Shown here piece after piece: positions 40,400-53,505 of a stretch of 64,000 nucleotides of DNA. Both the position numbers and the translations under genes were made by a program. The DNA lies in contig NC_043004.1 of the NCBI RefSeq assembly GCF_006345805.1, positions 43,338,001 through 43,402,000 on the forward strand, given 5' to 3'. Within the stretch, counting starts at the first letter, position 1. Every line of letters begins with the position of its first letter. The notes below the pieces were generated by a model. The model saw only the letters and a program-made list of their open reading frames with translations. It was not told the origin of the DNA and did no database searches. The stretch is from Octopus sinensis (taxonomy: Eukaryota).

Positions 40400-40745
40400 C
40401 CCGTTAGAAATAAAAGTTCTACAGCCTCAGTAGTTCATTGCATAATTTAAACTAGATTTTATTTAGGACTTAGGAATTCGATGTAGACCTAGTTCTTTGC
40501 ATCTTCAAAGCTTTCGCCAGATGTTGCGTGGTGACCTCATAACAGAGGTAATCTCATGTATAGTGCCTGTTTAACTATTTGCAGACATCTGGTTGGCCAG
40601 GTCTTTGCTGTTTGATCAGGTTACAGTATTATTTCTTCGTGTCTGCTGACTTGATCGGTGCCACCGCATTGCTCCTGAGGTTCTATATGATTTTCAGTCC
40701 TGTAAACAGCCCGTTGTAGTTGTGCTTGTTGCCATACACTCGCGC
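40400..40745 (-). pseudogene. Highly decayed PLE RT N-terminal fragment
   Basis: TGLKII*NLRSNAVAPIKSAD resembles ALKNLRNN.NIVIK.ADKG. A downstream LHRIPKS* resembles LYGLPKIHK. Confidence 0.35.
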
Positions 40746-41389
40746 ACACTCACACACACAGACACACGCACAAACACATACACGCACACACACACACACA
40801 CAAACACATACACACAAACGCGCGCACACACGCACACACACACAAGCACTCACAAACACACACACACGGACACGCATGTGTGCAGACATCCTCAGGATGT
40901 GATTGTTTGAAGATATGTAGTTATCTATCTATGTATGTATTTATCTAATTATATGTCTGCCTGTCTATCTGTATGCTAGTCTGTCTGTTTGTCTTCCTGT
41001 CAGTATGTTTGGATGTTTGGATGTATGTATGTACCAAAATGTACTATATAAGTAATATACGAAAACATGTAAGAGAATACCTATATGTAACACATTCCGA
41101 GTAAATTGACAGAAAATAATTGGCAAATTTGTACTTATCGTTATAAAAATACAGAAGTCAAGTTCTCTTTCCCAATTTACTGGAATTTCCTTCAATTCTT
41201 TTATTGATTTAATTTTATATTTTAGGTGGTGTTGATGCGGTATTTTCGAAGTAATAATTGTAAACAAGTTATAGGAAAACATATATGGACAAATGTTTTG
41301 AACGTTATCTCGTATACTATAAGATATTGGCGCGTTTTTGTCTGCCTATAGATAAATAGAAGAATATACACATACATACCTACATGGTG

Positions 41390-41427
<38 letters not shown>

Positions 41428-41432
41428 GATCC

Positions 41433-41484
<52 letters not shown>

Positions 41485-41521
41485 TATAATATATATATAA
41501 TATATATATATATAATATATA

Positions 41522-41561
<40 letters not shown>

Positions 41562-42784
41562 TGTATGTATGTATGTATTAACATATATATAATAAACATC
41601 ACCATATACGTATGTATGTGTATATTCTTCTATGCACTGCATACATAAAGAGCTTCAACGTAGAATGAATTATTTGTGCTGGAAAACAAGAAATAGCTAA
41701 AAAAGAAAGGAAACTTTAACTCAATCCCTCTTATTCACTTAAGATCAATTATCAATTAGTATACGAAACTTCATTACTTTGACATTTCAAATATAGTGAA
41801 TAAGAATTTGTTTCCACATCTATAAATATAATTTGATGTTATTATACGCATTAGAGTGTGCTAAAATAAACGAGCTGCTGAATATATTAGTGGACTTTGT
41901 AAACAACATAATTAAGGTATGTCCAAGTGTTAAATATTTTAAGTTTTCCCATCCCTATAGTCACCCACACACTACGATTGTTTTCATTATTTCACAGCTT
42001 TGGAGATGCATTTTGTATTCTCCTGTTACGCATTTAGCATACTGAGTATTTCCTCGGCCTCTATGCACCATATACATTCCCCATGTTTTTTAAAAAAGTT
42101 GAATAACATAGGACTAATGTTAAGAGGGATATTTTATATTGCTCGGGACCGATGAAACGAGGGTTAACAATCAGAAAACAAGCATGGGCAGTTAGGACAA
42201 ACTTCTGAAAGATCTTTCGAAAGGTAAAAAGTATAAATGTGAATGCTTCATAAAATCTGTACATGCACACAGATGCCAAGTGGAACACTTATTGTAAATC
42301 ATTGAGTCTCTAAATTTAAATCCATTGTGATATGCCACTGTAAGATAAGCATTAGTCGTCATTCCATATTTATGTAATTGTCCAGCACATTGAGTATTAT
42401 TGGCGAAGCGTAGAATATTACAAGTATTTGCGTCCCCAAATATAGGAATTTTTTACTTTTACCTGACCTAAGTATCAGTGCTGAAAACACAAACACATAA
42501 GTTGAAGCACTCTCACAACACACATACAGACACATACACACACACAACACACACGCAAACGGAGACATGCACACACACACACATACACACACACACACAC
42601 GCACATATATATATATAAGTTAATCCAAACACGAAAACACAACGCGAGGACGTAGAACAAGTATAGTGTTACTGGACGCTCAGGAAAGGAAAGGTCCAAG
42701 GAAGAGAAGACGGAGGAACAAAATCGCAAACGATAAACACGCGGCACGCGGTCACACACACATACACACACAGTCACACACACA

Positions 42785-42870
<86 letters not shown>

Positions 42871-43826
42871 GAGGCATCTCATACGTACGTACAGTGCCAA
42901 GAAGTACAGAGGGGTCAGTGGCAGACAAAGAGTATCAAGCATCAGCGTTAGAATTGAAATATATTGAGATTTCTTCGTATTTACATTCAGCGGTAGCAGA
43001 TTTCCACCATCAAGTGCATGCTTCGAAAAATGTCTTATCTACTGTTAGAAATAAACAGATTTACAAATCACTGGTGTCCCAAATATTTGGCGGGTCGTGA
43101 ACAATTGACTTCTTACCGACGGAAGAAGTTTTACTACTGAACAGTGATCTGCATAAGGATGTCACCATACTGCAGTATTTGTCTTGAGAGGTTACCTCTC
43201 TGGGAAGCCACTTGTTCTTCAGAACAAGGAACACTGTTTTGGCTTGATGTAGGTTTAAAAGAATATAAAAATAGAAACTGCAAAACAAAAGAAAAAAATT
43301 ACAACACACGCAAATCAATTTTCATGGAAGATATTATTGATTCAGTTTAGTGTTTCATAAAATCACTTCTATATTATAATATATCACAAATTTAAATAAT
43401 TAGAATTTCAAATTATATGTTCGTAACTGATATTAAAAATGTCGAAAACTAGTTAACATAATTATACATTTTTTTTTATTCGTAGGTATCTTGCAGTGTT
43501 GAAACATTGGAGAAATATGTAATTACATTCGTTTCAAACGTCGAACATCACGCAATCATACTTATAACGCATGCATACAGAATTCGTATAAATTCTCAGT
43601 TGCTGTCGTTGAGACAGTATCTTCTATATCCGAGCTTTACATTTATTTACTCCCTATACAGCTGCTATGTTAAACTTAAGTGATAACATGTCATTAATGT
43701 TCACAACTTTATTTTTACATGAATCAATATTGATTGCATTCTATTTATGAGTAATAAACCGCATTGTGCGTTTTGTTCTCTTTCAATCCACTAATCTTCT
43801 TTAATTTATGATCATAATATATGCAA

Positions 43827-43893
<67 letters not shown>

Positions 43894-44332
43894 GGCGTAC
43901 GAGTGGCTGTGTGGTAAGTAGCTTGCTTACGAACCACATGGTTCCGGGTTCAGTCCCACTGCGTGGCACCTTGGGTAAGTGTCTTCTACTATAGCCTCGG
44001 GCCGACCAAAGCCTGGTGAGTGGATTTGGTAGACGGAAACTGAAAGAAGCCCGTCGTATATATCTCTATATATATATATATATGTATCTATGTGTGTGTG
44101 TGCGTGTTTATGTGTCTGTGTTTGTCCCCTCAACATCGTTTGACAACCGATGCTGGTGTGTTTACGTCCCCGTAACTTAGCGGTTCGGCAAAAAGAGATC
44201 GATAAAATAAGTACTAAGCTTACAAAGAATAAAATCCTGGGGTCGATTTGATCGACTAAAGTCGGTGCTCCAGCATGGCCACAGCCACGTGACTGAAACA
44301 AGTAAATGAATAAAAGAATAAAAGAATAAAAG
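43894..44332 (+). mobile_element. SINE family A, full length
   Basis: GGCGTACGAGTGGCTGTGTGGTAAGTAGCTTGC head, B box GGTTCAGTCCC, tail (AAAAGAAT)n. It follows a (TA)n array. Confidence 0.9.
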
Positions 44333-44690
44333 TATATATATATATACATAAGATCATATTTAGAACATATTGTATATTTTTGCAAGGCGTATATATTCTA
44401 TGGGTAGCATTTAGGTTGCATAAATTTAAAATGCCTAACCGCAACACTTACAGTTTGAGAATAATTCCGTGTCATAATGAAAATCATTTAGATCATGTGA
44501 TAATCTTCGAACTACTTAATTGGACAATAATGTTCTTTCTCGACAATGATGTTCTAACGAAAATTGCCATTATTTGACCAAGGATCATTGTTCCACTAAA
44601 GCCCCAACTTATGTAAAAAAAATATGCTTAAATTATTAATGTTACATAGCGTGCATAAGCTCTCACTATTTTGTACATATATATTCATAT

Positions 44691-45007
44691 GAAGGTGCAT
44701 GGTGCAATAACTGTAGTTACAGGCTCGCAATCATGTGGTTGTAAGTTCGATTCCTGGATCAGGCTGTGTGTTATGTCCCTGAGCAAAGCACTTTACTTCA
44801 CATAATTCCAGTTCACTCAGCTGTAGAATGAGTCACGTCGTTACTAGTGCCAAGCTTTATAAGCCTTCAACTTTCCATTGGCGTGGAGAATGGAGGCTGG
44901 TATGCATGGGTGACTGCTACTCTTCTATATTCAACCTTACCCAGACTAATGCCGCGTCAAGGAACTTTCTAGGTGCAATCATACAGCCATTCATGACCGA
45001 AGGGGGT
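44691..45007 (+). mobile_element. SINE family D (tRNA-like head)
   Basis: B-box-like GTTCGATTCC followed by CCTGAGCAAAGCACTTTACTTCAC..CCAGTTCACTCAGCTG. Confidence 0.65.
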
Positions 45008-47005
45008 ATTTATCTATTTTATGCATACATGTGTATTTGCCGCAGAATAAATATCGTATACTCCCATTTAATATCTTCTTCCGTTGTTTTACATATTGTC
45101 GTTTTTCCTTGTATGCAATTTTTTTTCTCATAATGCAATATTTCTCATCACATCTGACTGACACTCTCAACACTAGATCCATGCATCAATGTAATTCTCC
45201 ATGAAAACTGACTGAGCAACGTTTTTTCCAGCAAATGAACATTATCATTTAATTCCGTGTATTCTCACTATCGCATATTTTGCGGGTTCTTTTATGTCAC
45301 TGAATGAATCTGTGTGACCATTTCATATCTGTTATTATAATACCATTTTCTTTTTCCCATTGTCCCTGATCTCGCTGCAAAGTTTCACTCTGCTAAGCAA
45401 CCTTTGACGCTTTGCCTCCTTCAGAAAGCATTCTCCTGTTCCATATTTAATACACGTTGATCTTCAATACTGATATTCAGATATATAAAACCCACCTTCT
45501 CTACCGATTAAATTATATTTAATCTTTGCGAAAGTTATCTCAGCAAAATATTCCGAAGACTATTTTGCTAAAATATAAAGCATCCTTCACTATATTATAG
45601 TGTAAACATTGAACGATTTCATGGAAACTCTCTAGCTACTTCGAACTATATGTAGGTTTGTTCATGATCTTATAAAACAGCAGTCATATAACGAACAATA
45701 TGTAGGTCCATACATGATCATATAAAGCAGCAGTCATATAACGAACATTATGTGTCACAAACCCGCTCCATCTCAATCTTTGGCATTAGGTTGTGTACTG
45801 AATATTTTTCTAATCAGTAGTATAATTATGCATTTTAGATTTATGTAGTCAGATTATACAGGTCTAAACGTTTTATTTGTGGTTTATTGTGCTGTAGTTA
45901 CAAGTGGAATGCGAAGCTTTAATGCTGTAAGTTTAACTAAATTCAGACTATATACAAACGATTCCGATACATCCACTGGCAGCACACCAGACAGATAAAA
46001 TAGTTGTAGTATAATATCATTGTATAATATCATAATATCACAAGCAATCATTTAATTCGTTGCCACCTCTAAATATATATCAATGGAATCATTTGTATAT
46101 GTATAAACCCACGATGTTTTTTGTTATCGATATAAACTAAATATTTCTTTTCCTATAATGGAAACATTGATGGCATGATCGCGTATTTGTGATAACGCTT
46201 TCTACAGCGCATTTGTTGACACATAACCATACTTTACATCTTTGGATACGATTTGCATGCTGTTATTATAACTTGCTACGCTCTCACTATAACCAGGTTT
46301 AACTCTTTTGAGGGAGCAGGGTGGGCCAATACACATTCAATTGTCTTGAATACATTTATTTTTGTTTTGATTTCTCACATGTATACAAGTTCAAATTTGA
46401 TATATCATTTGAAATGTTTAGTTCCTTATATGCAGAATATTCTATACTACGTCCATTGAACGGGATTGTGAAAATAATTGAATAAATAATGAATAAATAT
46501 TAACTGAAATTCTGATACTGAGTGGCTGTTTGCATTCTATCAAATAATTCCATCACTTCAGCTGTGAGTAACCATAAGAAAGCCAGGATATCATACGGCC
46601 CGCTTGTACTGTAATATCGTGATACATTACGAATCTACATTCATTCTTGTAACATTATATTCTCCAGAGAGGTGAAGACAACGTTAAGAGAATGGTTTCC
46701 TATCCTAACTAAAGCATATAAAGTTCATCTCATAGGTACATACGTGCATGAATAAACAGGGATATGCCTGTTGAGTATGTATAGATACTTGAACAACAGT
46801 AAAAGACGAGAATCAGTTCAGATGGGACATAATCGTTTTAGTGCTTCCACTGGATAATTTATTTTTCTTTAATTAGAGCACATGGTATTGAAATTAGCTT
46901 TCTTATGTTTGAGAATCGAAATATCCATTTGTAGAATAACATCCCATATTTTCGAGCTCATCAGATGAGCCCTCCGATATTTGGCTGCATGGGTATATAT
47001 ATATA

Positions 47006-47062
<57 letters not shown>

Positions 47063-47064
<2 letters not shown>

Positions 47065-47400
47065 TGAATGAATTATCCTTTCTTTTACCGTTAACATGGA
47101 AAATTCAATAAACAGTTGCCAGGGTAGCAAAATTCACGCAGGTAACATGTATGAAGGGACCTATTCAAAGGTAGAAACTCAGGGTTAATGTGCAGTAATT
47201 TGTGTAGTATAAGTAAATAAATGGAGTTGAACGAAGATGTTATTAAAATTATTTTACTTTCGACATATGTTTCGATGACAACATTGGTTTTATTCCAAAG
47301 GAATAAACGGTGTAAAATGCAATCTACACCGTTTATTCCTTTGTTTTCGAAACATATGTCGAAAGTAAAAGAATATGCGTTCAACTCCACTTATTTACTT
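47063..47400. mobile_element. Deleted copy of the 38023 element; 3' half is a near-palindrome
   Basis: TAAGTAAATAAATGGAGTTGAACG ... CGTTCAACTCCACTTATTTACTTA (47211-47400). Confidence 0.7.
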
Positions 47401-47788
47401 ATATATATATATATATATTTGCACATGTACGAATGTTTATAGCTGTGTGTGTCTGTATCTGTGAGTATCTGTGTATGTGTGCGTTTGTGCCTGCGCTTGT
47501 ATGTGTGCATGGATATCAAAAAGAATAAAGCATTCAATTTCTCTGACGGAAGAAACGGCCAAAACGTCAAAAATCTAAAAGAAAAAAGAAAAAACATCCC
47601 GGACTATATTATAGAGTAAACATCGAAGGAATTCATGGAAGCTCTTTAGTTATTTCGTACAAAATGTAAGTTCGTACATTATCTTACAACGCAGAAGTAT
47701 TATAACGAAAATTAGCTCCCTCTCTGGTATTAGGTTGTGACTAACTTGTAATTCTCAGTATACAATATCTGTACATCATTTCAAAAAC

Positions 47789-47826
<38 letters not shown>

Positions 47827-47877
47827 ATGTATGAATATATATATATATGCATATATATATATATATATTATATATAT

Positions 47878-47952
<75 letters not shown>

Positions 47953-47954
47953 TA

Positions 47955-48003
<49 letters not shown>

Positions 48004-49899
48004 TCTGTTTATACACATGAAGATGTCGCATATTAGATAATAGTTTGAAATTAAAAGCTAACACCAAATTTTGTTAAAAAATTAAAAGGTAGAATTTATA
48101 GCACCAACATCAAAATCAGTATTAAACCAGAACTTGGGTGAAAGGGATGAATCTCTTCTTTTTTTTTCGAAGTGGGTATGTTTAATAAACAATGAATATT
48201 TAAAGAAGAATCACCATACGTTAACGTGTATTGAAAAATGTAAAATAATTTATTGTAACAATATCATATATTATTATATATTATTGTAACAATTTATGAG
48301 AAATGTTACTAATAAATTAGTATATATGGTAGAACGCCCAACTGCTTTAAACTTAATGAAAGTTAGTAGTAGCAACTCATCCGCTTCAATTCTCGTTTCA
48401 GTGTAGATGTAATTTGTATTATAAATAATTATCTCAACACAGAAATTGTTTGGAACACAAATATTCCACGGACTTTGTAATGGGTGTAAGAGAAAGGCGC
48501 ATACTTCAGTTGAGTGAATATAAGCTAATATAGCTAGAATATAAGCTAGATTATTTCCGTGTATCGTTATTGGAGTCTTTTATCACAAACCTAATGCTAC
48601 AAGGCGCAATCATACTTGAACAAAATGACTCAAGAACACGTTTATATGTAACGTAACACTAGCAGATGGATTGCTTCACGCATGGTACGTTACTACTCGT
48701 AACATTGAATTCTAAATTCCCACAGGCCACTGAAAATTGAATGCCAATATGTTCTCTCCAATATCACGTTGGGCGTATAGGAAGTCAATTAGTGCATTTG
48801 CTTCCCGAGAAACATGTGAACTAAACTAACTAAAGTACGCCCAAAATATTGCCATCTGTTTATTATCTTCCCAGTTGTATTTGTTTCTCTAACAAATACA
48901 CCTCAAGATATATGCGCTTATGTGAGCGTACGGAATTTAAATTCTTTAGAATTTGTTAACTGGGTATTAGAAGACCATCACCCAGTTTGTTCCTCTTCCT
49001 CTGTACATGACCACTCACCTACATACTTACACACATACATACATACATACATACATACATACATACATACATACATACATACATACATACATACATACAT
49101 ACATACATGTATCTTTATAAATATGAATATTGAAAAAATATATATTGACATGGGCATGTTATTTCGCTAAATTGCTTATGTAAAGAGTATAGTAAATTTT
49201 GCACCTGGAACGTATTTAGTAAAGCAGAAGCACCGCATCATTAAAATAGATACATAATTTATAATTTATATTCGTTGACTAAAATTTCAAAGAACACTGA
49301 AAAAATAAATGAGTACGGTGTGGTAGGCAAAAAAAGTTTCGTTGAGAGAAAAATACAGTAAAGATATAGTAGTCCAAAAATCATCAAGTTTTAAGTGAAG
49401 TGTAATATTATAGTAAGCAATATATAAGAAAGGAAATTGTGAACCAGTTAAAAAAGAGAAGAAAATACCTTCTGTTCTGTTGATCTGTCATATCCAAAAG
49501 ATCAACAATGAAAGGTTTCCATGCGGTTTATTGGATGGAATACAGGCTAAAATGTTTTATTCAGAAAGTGTTTTCACGTGTGAATGGATTCGGGTGAAGT
49601 AATATAAATATATGTCTTTGTACATATGTATATATTGGTACATTTTTTAGAATCCGTATATTTGCAAATAAGGTTAAAACAAATTCCACTACAATATATA
49701 GATTTATAATTTTCTTCAAATTTTAAAGTTTTTATTGAGTATGAGTTCAAAACAAGTAATAATAATCTATTTTATATCCCGTTGCAAATGAAACAATTAG
49801 TTAAAAGATAAAAGTTGCAAATGCCTTGCGTATGTTAGCGTGTAAATCCATTTCTATATGTTAGTGCCGAAACGAAAAAAGCTATTTCATTTTTATTAA

Positions 49900-50389
49900 A
49901 TGATGGACGTTATTAAATATCGTAACAAGCTATTTAAATACTGGATAGACAAACATAGAGAAACAATTCCCAACAGATTCACAGTGATACTTATATTAGA
50001 CTCAGTCAGACTTATTCTGGAAAACAACACTTTCTTCTTCAGGGGAAAGAATTACATCTCAAATAAAGGCACGTCCATGGGAACTAGGTTTGCTCTCGTT
50101 TACGCCAACTCAGTGATGGGATACTTAGAACGAAACCTCTACAAAGATATAGAGGAGATATATAGCACTGAATTTAGAAAGTATATTGAAAAGGCATGAA
50201 AGAGATGCCTCGACTATTGCTTCATAATCTGGACAAAATCTCAAAACACTGTGGAAGTATTCAATACCCTCCTGAACAACCTACACCCATCTATCCAATT
50301 TACAAAGGAAATGAGCAGTACCAAATTACCATTCATTGATATAATAGTAATTAAAAAGAAAACCACCATTACCATAAATATATATGTTA
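49900..50389 (+). pseudogene. PLE RT fragment (motifs B-E), left part
   Basis: LILENNTFFF..GTSMGTRFALVYANSVMGYLE, *KRCLDYCFIIW, LHPSIQFTKE..LPFIDI. Confidence 0.85.
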
Positions 50390-51426
50390 CTAGCATTAAA
50401 GACCCGTCGTTGCCGGTCATAGTGCTAGTGCATGTATATATGTGTATATATTTATGTACATATTACATGTACATCTATATATATACATCTACACATAAAA
50501 TACAAAATACAATGTTATATATTGATATCGCTATTGATAACAATACTCAAAATATATAACAGACTGGAATTTTTAGCCCGTCTCTTGTAATTTCGATCAA
50601 TTGTATCTTGTCCTCCCTCTTGTATAGAAGTGTGGCTACAATCCAGCCTACCTCTACTTCTGGGGGGGGGGGGGGGCATTTAAAATTTTTTTCCGGGACG
50701 TCCTTCGTCCCAGATATAAAGGTAAAAATAAAACATTTCCACTTTGCAAGTTCGAGTCGAGTACTCCTTTGCACGCTCCGTCGACTCGAAACTTACTTCT
50801 ATTGTGGCGAATTTACCGCCTCTGATGAGATATCTTTCATAGTCACACCAAGAGACTTTTCGGAGGTGCTTTCCTCCATGTTTTCAAATCTTCTTTTTTC
50901 TCTACATTGTATACTTTATAGACAATAGTCTTTTCTATAATTTAATTTTTTATTATCCATCTGGACTATTCCATTTCTGCACGCTAACTTTATTTTTAAT
51001 TTATTCCCATTCATGTGAAACCACTTAATCAAGTTCAAGTCATTGATCTAATTTTATACCAATTGCTATTTTTACTTTTGTTATGTTACGATTATATTAT
51101 ACTTTAGTTTGATTTTAATTATTACTTACTACATATAATTCAATTGTTATTATTATTTTTATTGTTAAAGTGAAAGTATCTGACATAAAATAGAGAAATG
51201 TTTTTGTTTCACTTTTAACACGTAATACTGAAATAGTGGAGAAGATATGATATTGCTATGGGCTCGCTCTAGGCAAGAGGTTAAACATTTTTTTGGCCCA
51301 TGAAACTACATGGACCCTAAGTAAGGCATGTGTAAAATTTGAATGAAATTGGTTGTGTAGTTCTCAAGTTTTATGGAAAACACACATACAGACAGACAGA
51401 CATTCTCAGTTTTATATATATAAAGA
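50390..51426 (-). mobile_element. Non-autonomous Helitron-type element inserted into the PLE RT
   Basis: Minus strand reads A|TCTTTATATATA... at 51426 and ...GACCGGCAACGACGGGTC-TTTAATG-CTAG|T at 50390. This gives a 5' TC, a 3' hairpin plus CTAG, insertion between A and T, and no TSD. Confidence 0.75.
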
Positions 51427-51660
51427 TAATCACAGAGAAACACATCAATACCTGGATTTTAAATCGTGCTATCCACCGCACACAAAAGATAATATCCCAT
51501 ATTGTTTAGCCATAAGAATCTGTACCATTGTAGCAGATTTGAAGATCAGGAATCAGCGCCTGATGGAACTGAAAGAATTTCTCCTCAAACAAAAATACCC
51601 GTCATAACCTATAGAAAATGGTATTCAGCGGGCTATGAAAATACCCACGCAGCAACTATA
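51427..51660 (+). pseudogene. PLE RT thumb fragment, right part
   Basis: ETHQYLDFKSCYPPHTKDNIPYCLAIRICTIV..RNQRLMELKEFLLKQKYP..IENGIQRA. Confidence 0.85.
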
Positions 51661-52874
51661 TATAAGTTAGTCCTAGAGCGCACAATGTTCCTGAAGATCA
51701 TTAATGGACTTCCTCGGTCACGAGTGGACGGCCATCATGCATGTATGTAAGTACATGCATATCTATCTATATCGATAAATAAATACATAGACTGATGAAA
51801 GAAATTTGGTGTGATGGGTATGTTGTTGCATATTTTTTGTATACCTATATATTTATCTATATCTATGTGCATCCAAATACATGCAGGCATACGCAGTAAT
51901 GCACTCAATTATCGGACAAAGTAGACTGACACTTGTATTTGTTTAGTAATACAGGAACTCTGGCGTATTTGCGAAGGTGTGCTGAAATGTTGATAACCTC
52001 AACATGACGGATGCTAGAACTGTGGGAAATGTTAAACATACATTATCTAGTGTCATATGAAAAATCTGCCAACAGTTACAATACTGCATTCATTCAGGTA
52101 TATGCTACATTGTGTAATATCTCTTCCATCTGACGTAGAACTTACTACCTGAGTCCTAAGTTCCTTTGCAATAGAATATATTATCCTAATATCGAGAATA
52201 TAGAAAAATCTGTGGATTTGAATTAACTATATTTTAAAATTTAATATAAGATGTCCGAATTTTGTGCATATGTAAATATAACCAGAGACATTACCAATTC
52301 AGAAATCATGTCAAGCACTAACTCATTATAGTACGCCAATATAACGATGACCATCCTAAATCGTTTGACAAAACTAATTAAATCAAGCACGAACTTATCA
52401 CACTTCTACGCCTTTAACCATGCATTTAAATCAAGGATTGACTGACTATAGAAATGATAATATAAATCTCCAAGGGGTATATAGGTTCGTCGATAATTAT
52501 TCAGTTCTATTTAAAATCTCTCATAATTCACTATGAAACATTTACTATCAATAAGTTTAAATGCGAAAAATTGAGTACTGGCAAAATGAACTGTTAAAGT
52601 GATTAAATTTTAAACAAATTTAAGCAAGGCTGATGATTTCCTACAAAACATCCATCGACGATCCTACGAGGCTTACAGGAAAACGCGACACCAGCGCATG
52701 ATTATTGTTAATGATTAAAAAAGGCTAGCAAACATTCTCTATTAACCATAACAGATTTAAGTACATTATTCTTCTAAATGTAATATTATTAACCAATAAA
52801 GAAATACTTAATTTATTAAGTAAATATTTTCAAACTGGAAAACACTATTGCTTTCAAAATTAGTGATTTATGAA

Positions 52875-53505
52875 GTGCTGAGTTTGCAGAATATTTAGCA
52901 TGCCAAGCAAAACGCTGAGTAGTATACGTCCGTCATTACGTTCTGCGTTCAAATTGTGCGGAGGTCGACTTTGCCTTTCATCCTATCGGGGTAGACAAAA
53001 TAAGTACCAGTTAAGCACCGGATCGATGCAATCGACACCCCACCTTCCACGAAATTGCTGGCCTTGTGCCTACATTTGAAGTTGATATCAAGGATTTATG
53101 TAAAGCGGCGAGCTGTCAGTATCTTTAGTACGCCTGATAAAGTGTTCATCGGCATTTTGCTCGTCTTTATATCTTGAGTTCAAATTCCAGCGAGGTCGAC
53201 TTAGCGTTTCATCATTCGTGGGAAATGAAATAAGTACCAGTTTCGTACTACCGTCGATGAAGTCGACTAACCCCTAGCTCAAGATTATTATCTTTGTGCC
53301 AACGTTTGAAATCAATATTGAAGATTCATATAGCTCTATATACGTGTATAAATATATATTCTTAAATTTGCGGGGCAGGGAGGCGTCTATTAGATCAACA
53401 CATGTACAGTCTGTAACCTGCACTAAGTTTATCGACAGCGAACGGAAGAAAGATAGTTGACCTCGGGGGAATTTGAACTCAGAACCTAAAGACAGACTAA
53501 ATCTA
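52875..53505. mobile_element. Cluster of three SINE family B copies (+ about 52875-53088, + about 53105-53319, - about 53372-53505)
   Basis: Repeated GTTCAAAT..GAGGTCGACTT..TTTCATC..AAATAAGTACCAG core. The third copy is in reverse orientation. Confidence 0.75.

Noticed and set aside
46945-46985. Minus-strand CTGATGAGCTCGAAA
   Set aside because: Stem II has no loop or length and there is no NUH triplet with stem I. At best a deleted relic.
47538-47575. CTGACGG..GGCCAAAACGTC; also CTGATGA at 9391-type, 38428, 50822, 51793 and 52630 sites
   Set aside because: The GAAA/GTC half or stems are missing or mismatched, and the heptamer occurs by chance at this frequency.
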